A DNA stretch of 52,325 nucleotides, filler included, from Catajapyx aquilonaris (lineage: Eukaryota), in assembly GCA_000934665.2 (NCBI GenBank). It is 3 parts of 3 records of this genome, joined end to end, with 100 filler letters (N's around TTAATTAATTAA, not from the genome) between each part and the next. Parts side by side here need not be neighbours in the genome. Positions count along the whole stretch, not along the records: positions 1 to 17,495 come from JYFJ02006974.1; positions 17,596 to 34,899 come from JYFJ02006975.1; 1 more part is not named here. One strand, written 5' to 3'. The position numbers and the translations under genes are program-made. A model generated the notes under the pieces. That model did not search any database and was not told where the DNA came from. It worked only from the letters and a program-made list of their open reading frames with translations. Below, piece after piece: positions 14,300 through 26,300 of the stretch (position 1 is the first letter of the stretch; each line of letters opens with the position of its first letter).

Positions 14300-15680
14300 C
14301 TCACTTATTGTACTGTATCCTCAATCCAGTACACTATTGATTCCCAAACATCCAAACCGGAAGCACAGACATAATCCCAAAGGACTGGACCAGTATTACC
14401 CCCAGAGTTGCACTTTGGGTACATGTGTGTGGCCTGTTTCCGATAATAACGCCCACTCTGGGTCGTCCCTTCTCTCTCATGAAAATCATTCCACCCCCCC
14501 CCCCCCCTAAAACTGCGCAACTCTTGTTCAGAGAGACTAGAGAGCATTTTGTGGAATCCGATTTCCTCTGAACTACTGTAACAATGAGTGAGGTCATGAC
14601 ACAGACCCGTAGCGACAGCGGCCAATTGGATTGCTTCGAGAACACTTTACTTCTCACGTTGCGATGCTTTTCTGGGGGTTCTGTGGGGGTCCTCTTTTTC
14701 GAAAATGGCTCCGTGACAGCCCGTTTCCAGAAGACAAACTTGCAGGCTTCCTGTCCAACGGACAGCTCCCTTCCGCCTACCAGGAGACCCCAATAGTGCT
14801 TAGCGACAGGTTGATGACTACTTTGCCCTCGACCCTGTCGGACCTTTGCCATGCAGTTAGCCGCTCCAGAATGCCATCCGAGGAATACTCTCCTTATTAG
14901 ACGAGCTACAGTAGCCATGTACTAGGACACTGTAATTGATATTCAGCTCTGTAATGGAAGTCAGTGCCAGATATAAGGATCCTTCAGGTTAGTGTTTGCA
15001 GAGTCTCTGCTAAGGGAACTGTAAGAGAGTCTTCTTGGCAGGTGAAAAGCAGCCCGAGCAACCACAAAGAGGAATGCAAACAATAAAGGTCATCCCTTCA
15101 TAAGGAGGCGACCAGACAAATCCGATGGAAGAATATTCTAAATACTGTACTTTTAGGTGAAGGTCTACACTACCTAGAAAAAAACTGTTAAAAGCATAAT
15201 AGTGCCCTTAGGAAGTGTACAGTACTACTCTGTATGTAGCTCCAGTTTATGCAAATTGGGACCGGACATCGAAGCCAACTTGTCCCCATAATTATGTGGC
15301 CATATCCGAGCTTATTCTGGATCCGTGTAAGCTGAGAGCGACTCTCTGGATTGACTACCTCGGAAAGTTCCGTACACAATCTGGGTGCACCTGACTTGTA
15401 ACTTGCAGCAGGCATCTGCATGGAGTCACACCCCGGGCTCCCTAAAATTATGCGCCGAAAGTTGCAAACGATTGCTTGGCTTCCTCGAATATAATTTTGG
15501 CACCCAAACCCCCCGTCCTGCTGTTTTGCATGGTGGCAAAACTTGGAGGGTGCCAGTGAGAGGCTCTTATTGTGCCCAGATTTTATATGGTTCCGGGGGT
15601 GTGGCATTGGGTATTCCGGTCTGGTATACATCTCACCCGAGGAGATAAGGACAATTTCCGGGCTTCAGAGCTGATATGGG
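14300..15680 (-). pseudogene. Probable decayed R2-like (RLE-type) non-LTR retrotransposon fragment (post-RT region)
   Basis: Frameshifted, stop-containing minus-strand pieces occur in the order expected for R2-like ORFs: ALKP; CHHAKQQDGGFG (cf. LHxPxKDGGLG); ERLTAWQRSDRVEGKVV...IGVSW; RCRYGSVS*PHSLLQ (degenerate CCHC knuckle); HKMLSSLSEQELR..GGWNDFHERE. Motif resemblance judged by eye only; boundaries approximate. Confidence 0.4.
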
Positions 15681-17495
15681 CCTAAGTATGAGCGAAGACG
15701 GAGAAGGCGGCGTGCTTTGCATACTTTTGACCTATAAGACCGCTGACGTGTGAAATAACGCACAAATTGACGTATGCCTCTGCAGTGCAAAGCGGTTGCT
15801 GACCTCTCTTCCGCATTGCACACCTCCACACTGAGCAACGAGGACACACTCAACATGTATTAAATCGCCACACTTGGGACGAAATTGCAGAGAATCTTTC
15901 CTGTTCTCAACACGTCGAGTCGCCTTGATACATAATGTATATCAAATTTGTGGCTTCAGTGTGACCCTCTTCCTTTACCACCAACCTACACCACACCGCA
16001 CAATAAAACAGAATATGTGTACGAGCAAGCCAAAGCCACACCCGGAAAAAGTAGCCTGCTCGTGAATAGCAAGCCCCAATTAATTTAGCACCTGGAGCAG
16101 GTCTTAATAAACGTGGGTAAGGTAGCCTCTTAGCCAATTATCTGCGACCGAACAAGTCCCTTTTGTGTGCCGGGCGTGAGATGAGCATCTCTAATGAATT
16201 CCATGTTCCGTCTCGGTTTACGGCCGAGTCTCGACGGTGGACAGGGTGAGTCGAAAATACAGACCAAAAGCAACGCTCGCCCCCATAATCTGAACGTGTA
16301 ACTACCTAAGAAGCGAGCCCGAAGCTTCGTCCGACTGAGAGATTGCGCAATTACATCAGCTCGGAACTAATCAAATTTTGTTAATCCCGACGTAAAGTTC
16401 CATCCAAAAGTGTTTACACGCTACTCCAACTGCTCAGGACAGACTCTGAAGCTTTGTAGATAGATGGAGTCTATTTTGATTTCATTAAAAATATATTTCT
16501 GATGACCATTTCACATTTTATTAGGAACCATCTCAACTTCCTATCCTTCTAATTCAATCCTCGAGCTCTCTTTCCATATTAATTCCCATCATCAAAAAAC
16601 CTATTTCCTTGACATAATATTAATCCCCTTTTTCAAAGCAGACGCCCTGCAGGCTACAGTATATTCCCCCAATTTTATTTGCTGATGTCCTTTGAGCGAG
16701 TTAAAACTTCTGAAGCTCCTTCGACGCTCGAAAGAAAGTGGCACCAACATCTTGATCCCCCCCCTCTCCAAAAAAAACTCTTTGATCAATAAATCCGATA
16801 ATAAATTATCTGCCAAAAACGGCTGCCAATCAACATCCACTCTGGCCAAAGTGGCTCCACAGACAAAAGGCCCTTCCTTAGGAAAATTTTTACTATGCGC
16901 AGGGTATCCGTTCATTCGTCCTTTATTTACGATTGTTATATAAGGCTCCATCATTTTGCAAATTTCACTAAATGGCGGCAGATAAATTGCGAAAATTCAT
17001 CCCCCGAAATCGAAATCCGGTGGGCCAGTTGGCGGAAGATGACGTTAGGCAAAATCCCTGAGGGGGGCATAAATACATGTGGCGGGTTTTGGGGCCCAGA
17101 GAAAAGCCGAATATATAGTGGGCCCCATTTGAGACGGGTTGAGGTTGTCGCAAACTCAAAATGGGGGAAGCTTTCTTGCAAGGAGTAGTTATGGCGTTAC
17201 ATTACTGGAAAGAAAGACTAATAAATTATGCCGCCTAATGCTCGCGTTGAAGCGTTTGGGACACTTTTGGTGGCGATCTCTTTTTTTCCTCCTCCTGAAT
17301 CGATAGTCATAGATAACTTTGATGGAGTCGGCAGTTCCTTGCAGAAGTAGAACCCAGATAAAGGCTTGAGGAGAAGCTTGAAAACTGTAATTATGCCCGA
17401 GAGTACTCCTATCTATGCAATGTTCTTGAGTATTACTCCAGTATCTGATTGCTCTATCTAAAAAAATTATCTAAAATGAAGAAAAAAACGGGATG

Positions 17496-17595
17496 NNNNN
17501 NNNNNNNNNNNNNNNNNNNNNNNNNNNNNNNNNNNNNNNTTAATTAATTAANNNNNNNNNNNNNNNNNNNNNNNNNNNNNNNNNNNNNNNNNNNN
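17496..17595. other. Artificial contig-joining spacer
   Basis: 44 N + TTAATTAATTAA (stops in all six frames, 17540-17551) + 44 N, exactly 100 bp and identical to 34900-34999. Confidence 0.97.
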
Positions 17596-18139
17596 CCCCC
17601 CACAATGTGCTTGACTGTAGTTTACTTTTTTATGTTCTCTCCTTTTTGATGCCCAATAAACTTAGTTAAATGGGAATCCCGTGGTGTCACTCATTGGCTT
17701 CTCTTGCCTCTGGCAGTGCTCAAAAGCAAGGTTCGAAGCTGCAAAGGCCGATTAATTGCGCGCATTTTTCTTTACGTTTTATTTTGTTTGGGAAATCCAC
17801 TTAACTAAAATTTATTGGGCTTTTGCAACAAACTCCTTTCGAGAGAAGAAACCGGTTTTATAAGGCCCTTTCACACTGATGGTGCTGACGCCATTTTGGA
17901 TGCTGCGCCGACATAAAATGCGCCTGTTGGTGAACGGATCCGGTGTGAAATGGCTGGTTTATTTACAATTATATAGATGTGTTTCTCCCGCGGTTTTTAT
18001 TTCGAGCCGTGCTTTTGTGGCCGAGCCGGGAATACCCCTACTTGTGTTACCTGCGACTTTTTATCTGGATGACCGCACCTGCTGAGTAGTGTGCACACAA
18101 CCTGCAAGCAGCACAAAGGTTGCAAATATTCGTTTCCAG

Positions 18140-18344
18140 GCCCATCCCATACCGGCTGATCTGGTGGTGAAGCTTCTGGGCAACCGAGTGGCGGTGTCAC
18201 CAATAGTGACGGTGGAGCCTCGTCGAAGGAAGTTCCACAAGCCGATCACGTTGACCATACCTGTACCTCAAGCAGCGTCCAAGGGAATGATCAACCAGTA
18301 CAGCGGAGACGCACCTACCCTACGGCTCCTGTGCAGCATCACAG
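18140..18344 (+). CDS. Ank2: Ankyrin exon: second ZU5 domain, N-terminal part
   Basis: ttccag|GCCCAT...ACAG|gtaaaa; encodes [43 protein letters not shown]...LRLLCSIT. Confidence 0.92.
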
Positions 18345-20269
18345 GTAAAACAACCCCCATCCGACGCACCACACTCTATATGCATCACCTCTTAACACTT
18401 GACGGATTTAACACCCTAACCCTTAATAGTACAACACCCTCCTAACAACCAAAAGTTCCTGTGTACTCTCGCTTCCGTACGTCTATCTTGTCCGATGTGT
18501 CCGCTCCTACGTATGCTGTCTCTCTTTTTTATCTATGTGCGCACCCCCTCGAGTCATTTGAAAAAAAAATGTGACGGAGGCTTGCCCCCTATTGGTCGTC
18601 TCACCCACCCCCCTGACGCCGCGAAATATTCACGGGGAATCCCCGCAAGCAGCGATAGGAAATTTCGTCCGATAATAACGCTTTAAACAAATTCCTACAT
18701 GCCATACAGGTAATGGTTACTTAGATTTAAATTTGCTGAAATTTAGCTCAAACATTGTCCTAAAATTACGCAATTTATCAAGCCCGATTGTAAGCTGGTA
18801 CTGGTATAGTTTGAGGGGCGTGAGCTGTCTGTATAGGGGACAGGACTTTTTCACCCAGATTAGTTCAATTAAACCTCGGCAGTGAACTCTTGTTAAATAC
18901 AAAACATATGCTCACTTCACTTCGCATCCTGCCAAGACAACAATAGTGACACAGTGTAACATTGCAACTATGTTTTAAAAAGGAGGGAAGTTGATATTTG
19001 TGTTGATTGCGTAGCATTTAAAATATATATTATGATGGAGAAGCCTCTTGACGCAAGTGAAATGAGTTGTACGTTGCATTCCAGCTGTAGGAAAACCGGC
19101 AGATGGTCGTAAGTGAATCTGGTTTACTGTAGGTTTACTCTTTTTCACTGTTCTACTTTGATAATGAATGTTGAGGGAGACGTGGACCACGTGAACCTTG
19201 ACACTGTACAGTACGTAGCCGTAATAACCTTTAGTTGGAGTAATTACTCTTTGGAAAACCCTTTGGTTGTTCTCTTACTTTTTTTCTCTTTTGGTTCGTA
19301 TATTTCCATGATCTGGATCTAGACAAATAGTTTTGGTTTTTTGGTTGGCGGCGGGGACGCAGGATCGGACCTGTTTTAAGGGATCCAAAAACCTGGTTAA
19401 GGTGACGATTGGAATGATCTTTGAGCAGGAAAATGATTGGTACTGATAGATTTTCATGCAGATAATTTTTTAAATAACAAAAGAAATTCGGCGCTAGAGT
19501 CATCGAAGAGCCGGCAGCGGCAGCAGAGAGCCATGTCCTGTACATACACTTGGATAGTACGTTTTTTGGGGCTATAGGGCAGCAAGCAGTTTATTGTAGT
19601 AGTGGTTGTCCCCCCGCATGTGGATATGAAAAAAGCAAGCAAGCAAAGCAAGCAACCAACAGAGCCACCGGTCCCTGGTTCGCATCCCAGACGGACCGCA
19701 CTTCTTACCTAACCTAACCTAACCTAACCTAGCCTAACCTAACCTAACCGTGACCTAACCTAACCTAACCATGACCTAACCTAACCTAATCGTGACCTGA
19801 CCTAACCTAACCTCACCATGACCTAACCTAACCTAACCTAACCTAACCATAACCTAACCTAACCCCTACCTTTCTATCATCCCTTCTCCCCAATCCCCTA
19901 CCATTCACAGATAATTGTCACCGAATCCTATCCGGCGTCTCCGCCGCAAAACCATCAGTAGCCGCATACATGACCAGTAGTCCACAATTATTTTTGACTT
20001 TAAATTTTAAAGTGAGATTTACGTACCTTTTGGGCTGTGGTTGGTTGGTTGGTACAGTAGTTTGGCGAGGGACCGTTTCTTTAATTTGGGGAGGCCCCTC
20101 CCTCCCCAACCCTCTCTCTCTCCACCTCTCTGCTCGACACTACTTGCCAGGGAGTGGATGATGATTGTTGGATGATGTTGTGACAGTAGCCTTATTTTTG
20201 GGTGTTTTATTATTTTCCAATTGCTTTAGTTTTAAAAACTGGTTTTTATGACCCACCCACCCCCTTTTG

Positions 20270-20327
<58 letters not shown>

Positions 20328-23300
20328 CAGTGATGGCAAAGTGGCTCGCATCTCGTGCAGCAGCAGCGAGATTTGTTTGTTTGTTTGTTCAGAGTATTAA
20401 GCAGAGAAAGTCGAGTAGAGGCCACTGATGTCACACTCAGTTTGTGCATTCTTATTAAGTGCATTTTAGTGAATGGGGGTTGTGATTGAGCGAGGGCTTT
20501 TTGTGACTTTGCCTTTCTCAAACATTCTTTTTTTTTCTCCTTTTTGTTTATCTTGGGTTCAAAACTCTTGTTGTTTGTTTTCCCCCTTATATTTTTTCGG
20601 TTGCTAATGACCAAAGGTGTTTGTTGGGGTTGGCTCTTTTTAATCGTGGCCACTCGGTGTTTTTTTCGGATACTAACACACACTCCCCTCACTTTGATGC
20701 ATTGCCGCACGCTATCCAGGGCTGTTTCGGAAAAGATCACTTAAAGGTAAAGGGCAACGCCTATTTTTCTCTTCCTTTTCCTTCATTTATCAGTTCTGAT
20801 TGCATTATTCTATAATAATAAAATAACGGTAGCTCATGCTGCACAGGAGAGGTTATTTGTTTTCTTATTAAGACCAAACTTTTTCCGTTTTCAATTATTT
20901 ATTTTTCACTGTTCCCTTGCCATCTAGTGGTATCGCTCTCTAACCCCCTCTGTTCTTTATTTGTTTTAGATTATTATTTTTTATAAAAAAATCTGTCTTT
21001 CTGTCTTTCCCCCCCGTCACACTGATCAGTGTTGCCTTTTCCATTTTTATCCTCCTGTGGAACATGTTCTCTGCGTGCCGACTCGATCTCAGATTATTCC
21101 ATTCCCTTCTCCAGCCACCACCACCACCACCACCAAAACCCCCCCAATTTGTTTCGCAATTGTCCACAAACCTTTTTCCAGCGCAACTTCCCTAGCAGCT
21201 GCCTTTCTCTTTGTCACACGCACCAAAACACCTTGTCACCAAAAAAACACCTGATCACCAATGGAGCACTCCAAGTGCACGCGTGCTGCCACAGTACACC
21301 CCAAGGTGGACACGGCACGTTAACCCACAGTTAACAGTCAAACCTGCCTTGTCCTCCTGGTATTTTTTTTGAAGTAAAAAAAATGAAACAAACACTGGTC
21401 GTCTGCTGTCCCTTGGATGCACTTATATACACTCTTTTTGTATCCTTGTGCTGACTGAACAATCCATGCCGCATGAATTTTATATTGTGTAATTAATTTT
21501 AGCGAGCTCTGCGAGGTGGTTCTCTTTTTCTCCTGACAGACAGCACAACAGCAGATTTCAAAAGTATAATATTTTCGAACAGAAAAAAAAGTGGAAAGAA
21601 GACAGGGAAAAAAATTTGCGTCACTTTTGAACTCGTTGAAGTGACAGTAAAAATTTGCCTGCACAATTTTTTATCCACTCTCATTTTTTTATTAACGTTA
21701 TTATGATTTCACCTTATAAGATTTTTTCGGTTGCCCAAAAAGGGGTCTTTTCTGAAACTGCGCCGCGTTTAGTAAAAAAAAAGACTAATACTTGAATTAG
21801 TTGCCTTGTTTGAGTCGCCTTTGTTGGGAAGCAAATAGTAAATGTCTATTACTTGGTTTCTGTCTCCCTCTCCCTCTCTTGTCTCTTGTCTATTATCTCT
21901 CTAGTTCCTTTTACATCTGTCTTGCCCTCGTTAAAAAAATCTGGATCTATTTCCACCAGGGATGCCAATTCATGTATCGAAACAGGTAAAAAAATAATTT
22001 CCATGCCAATGTGGTTGATTATTTATGATGACACCATACCGACAATGAGAAGTGTTGATATCTAGACATTTCCAAAACGATGTGCTTTTGTGTTTCTAAC
22101 TTCAGTTCTTGGCTTTTAAAATTCAAATTTTAAAGTAGATATCATATTTGTATTAATTATTTATCTCCTGAGAATTTTATGTTTAAAATTTTAGGTGCCA
22201 GAAACTTAGTTTTCAGGCGGTTGATACCCTTGACATGGAAAAAAATAATTATTACGCTTGGTACACACAAAAAAAAATTTAATTGTCATCCCAAAGATTT
22301 GTGTTCCGTTCCCCTCAACCTCATCACCCCTTTTATCTTTCTCTCTGTCTCTCTCTTCTCAGTTTCTACCCTTAATTTCTTTCACATCCTGCTCTGTCTA
22401 TCATACTGATACACAAAGCATACGTACGTATTTATATGTACCTTGGTCCATTTTTCTAGCCGAGAACACTGTTCGGACTGCACTGTAAAGTATTTGGAGT
22501 ACATGGGGTTAGACCCCATTTATTTATTTTGGTTTAAAAATATTTTGTGACAAATATTTTTGTGCTTCCCTCTCCACCATTCCAACCCCCCCTTTTTGAC
22601 AACCGGTGTGGTTTGACACTTTTTAGCCGTAGCTTTTGTGCTCTACCTTCTTTTAACCCCTCTAAAAAAACACCACCCATTATTTTTTTACCTCCAAAAA
22701 ACTGCCGGGACTGGCAGTATGGTGCTGTCTATAGATTTCCGCCAAAAAGTAGCCGAACAGAGACCGGCTTTTGCAAAAAAAAAAAAAAAAACTTCCCAAA
22801 TTGTCAAAATTATTTTAATCCGCCCTCCACCCACCTCAAACCATGCCTTTTTTTAATTAAAAAATTTCCCCCCATAAAACCACCCACTTTTAATTTTTTT
22901 TTAAATATAATTTTTGGAAAAGTTCCTCTCCGCAGATACGCTAAGATGAGGTTAATAGCTTGGCCAATAGACGGCTTTGTTTGACCTGGCTTCTCCGGTC
23001 GGGTCACCAAAAAAAGGAAAAAAAAAGGTCACCCGGGCGGAAATGCCAGGACTTTGTAGCTAACTAATTAAAAAAGTATCGTTGAGTTTGAAATTATTAT
23101 TTTTGCAAGTGCAGTAGTTGGATGCCCATATTTAGTGAATCCTCCTAATTACCTCCCCCCCTCCACCTAAATATTATAGTTGCATCTTTTTTTCTTTTTA
23201 TATAAAATACACGGGTCGTATTCTGAACAGGACCGGTTTCTGACCTTGTTAAAGAATATTTTGTAGTGAAATGGGTGCACACTACAGTGATTGTCGGCTG

Positions 23301-26300
23301 GTGACACTACTACAGCAGGGAGCATATACTACATAAGAGGCGCTGCGCCATTGATTTCCGCGTCTCTCTGTTTGGGGCCGTTGCCAAGGCTGGAGGCCAT
23401 TTTGAAGTGTGGGGAACGCCAACGAGGTATAAATAGGGTACAGGCAAAAATAGGGTCCGCCATCTTTGATGGTTTTGGCAAGAACACGCGCGAATCAAAG
23501 ATGGCTGACCCTATTTTTGCCTGTACCCTATTTATACCTCGTTGGCGTTCCCCACACTTCAAAATGGCCACCAGCCTTGGCAACGCCCCAAACAGAGAGA
23601 CGCGGAAATCGAATATTTGCGCCTCTTATGTAGTATATGCTCCCTGACTACAGGGTGATATGAAAACAGCGTTGCAAAATTCTATTGTTGATACTGTATC
23701 ACCACTTCCTGTTGGTGGCATAATTTTGATGCTAAAATGATCAATTTTGCGGACTAATTTCTTGACCTGTGTGACTGGAAAAAAAATCAAGTGTTTTTCC
23801 TCACACGTTAGACTTGCCTTTAACGAATTGGTCACACCCGACAGTCAGGGGTCAAACACGTAATGTGCACTCTGACCTGTTAGTTGCATGGGCCTGATTT
23901 TCTTTTGGCCATATATTTTTATCAAAAATAGTGCTGTTCTGGTTGGGTAGCAGTAGACTAGTTGGTTCCAGACGAGGCAGCCCCGTGGCCGTGACCCCGC
24001 AGGTCATTCCGGTGCCAGAATGCGACCCATGTGCCCCCAAGTGAGTGAGTGGCTGGGTCGAAATGCTCGTATGTACCAAGTAAAAAAATAATATTAAAGA
24101 AAGAAATGGTTGGGAAGAGGTCACCTTGAGTTGAAACCGAGCCTTTCACTCGGCAGCTTTGACCTTTTGACCTCCCCCCTTTTTGCCACAATGACCCTTC
24201 TTGCACTGTAGTTGGCCGCTGTCGCCTGCTATAGTAGGCTGCCACCCGGGGGTCAGTGCACTTTTTCCCCCTGCTGCCCCTTCATCTGACCCCTGACCTG
24301 GCCGGAATTGTTCCCCAACGTCTTCTCTCTTTTTTTTTTCTTTTTCCTCTCCGTCAACTTCCTTCGACCTCAGGAGGTACGACCCGGGCGCAGTGGGAGG
24401 ACGTGACCGGGTCAACCCCGCTGACCTTCGTCAACGACTGCGTCTCCTTCACCACCACCGTCTCGGCCAGGTTCTGGCTGATGGACTGCCGCAACATTGG
24501 AGACGCCACCAAAATGGCCACCGAGCTCTACAAGGAAGCCATTCACGTGCCCTTCATGGCCAAGTGAGTCACAACAATACAGGTTTGGAATGACCAAAAT
24601 GCTGTTTTATTCCGCTTGCAAAAGGACAAGAAAAAATAATAATTTGCAGGGTAATGGGGCTGAACCGCCATTGTTCCAAATGCGAATAATTTCACTTCCA
24701 CACATGAGTAAACAATTATTATGAAGGAACTGTCGTGGTTTTCATATCGTGAAATGTACTTCTGAGAGGTTTAGTAGTAAGATTATCGGATTGTCTCCAT
24801 TTTGTCAATTAATTAATGACATATTATACTTTCATACATTTATTGATATACCGTACATATTTTTTTAAAATTGTGTAATGCACTGAATAGCTCTCTCTTT
24901 CTTATTTGCTTATTTTATGGCCTTAGTGTGTATGAATACTTTTATCTTTACATCCCACTTGTCATATAAAAATAATTGCGCAAATAGCAGGCCTTTGCTT
25001 TACTCATGATCAGACGTAGATCAAAAGGCCATTGCTTGGAAAAATGTTTGCTGATTACAGTCATGTTATACAAATTATTATTTGTGTTGGGTTTGGTAGA
25101 AATAAGTGGCAGATGCACGTAACAAAATACTTTTTCTTAAAAAAAAAGAGACAACACTTCTTCTCTAAGTATAACTCTGTGTGGAAGTGAAATGATGCTG
25201 AATGCGCTGATTTTGCAAAAAGGAAAAAAAAATTGCTTTGCTCTTTTTTTATTGCCAGGACATCAACAGGATGCTTCTCTCTTGGATGTTGCTTAGACAA
25301 TCGCAGATACAGTACGATGTACGAAATGCAGGGACTAAAACAATAATCCCTCTTGTCTGCAGACGCTCGCTGCGGTCAAGCCAGGAAGAACTGAGTTGAT
25401 GATGATGGGAATAGAGAAAAAACTAAATACCGGATCGCATTTATTACCTTTTACCGCATTTCGCATTTACCATTTATAAATATGTTTGCATAAAACTCTT
25501 TGGTATAAAGCACGGTTTGCATAGACACGCTTTACGCATATTATAGAGCACGTTTTCGTGAACGAGTTAGTTTGTGTTTGCTATGGTTTAAAAATGAGAA
25601 GAAAGGAATGTAATAATTATTGGGAGGTCAAGACCTGCGAAGGAATATGTGGCAACGTCGCGGGAGGAGGCAACGTCGCCTGCACGCAACTGGAGGTACT
25701 AGGAGACAAATTAGTGCATGAAAATCGTTGCCAACTTTGGTGACAATTGGCATTTGAAACGCGCCCGCCGTGCCAATCAAGTCTCGTGACTAATTTATTC
25801 TATCCATAAAGCAATAGCATTTGATCAGGGAGCACATACTACGTAAGAGGCGCAAACAGTCGATTCGCGCGTCTCTCTGTTTGGGTCCGTTGCCAAGGCT
25901 GGCGACCATTTTGAAGCGGGGGAAACGCCAACGAGGTGTTCTTGCCGTGTATTGCCATGGCAGCCAAAATCATCAAAGATGGCGGACCTTACGGCCTGCC
26001 TGTACCCTATTCATACCTCGTTGGCGTTGCCCCCGCTTCAAACTGGCCGCCAGCCTTGGCAACGACCCCAAACAGAGAGACGCGCGAACCGACTGTTTGC
26101 GCCTCTTATGTAGTATATATGCTCCCTGATTTGATGTTATTACTAAGCATGAATAATGTATAAATAAAAGTAAATACGCGTTTCGACCCAACCTGTTGCA
26201 AAAGTTGGCTACGTGGGAAATGCTGCAACGCACGTGTACTTATCGCAATAACCGGCTCCGTACAAACGAGGGAAGAGTAACAAAGGAGTTACACCTCTCG

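Noticed and set aside
17540..17551. TTAATTAATTAA palindrome inside the N-runs
   Set aside because: Synthetic six-frame stop linker, not genomic sequence.
20246..20740. 164-aa ORF with a poly-His tract
   Set aside because: Artefact of the (GAT)n microsatellite on the antisense strand of an ankyrin intron.
21960..21985. Candidate ankyrin microexon (ccag|GGATGCC...AACAG|gtaaaa)
   Set aside because: It is 26 nt and would shift the frame in a phase-1 intron; unsupported without RNA data.
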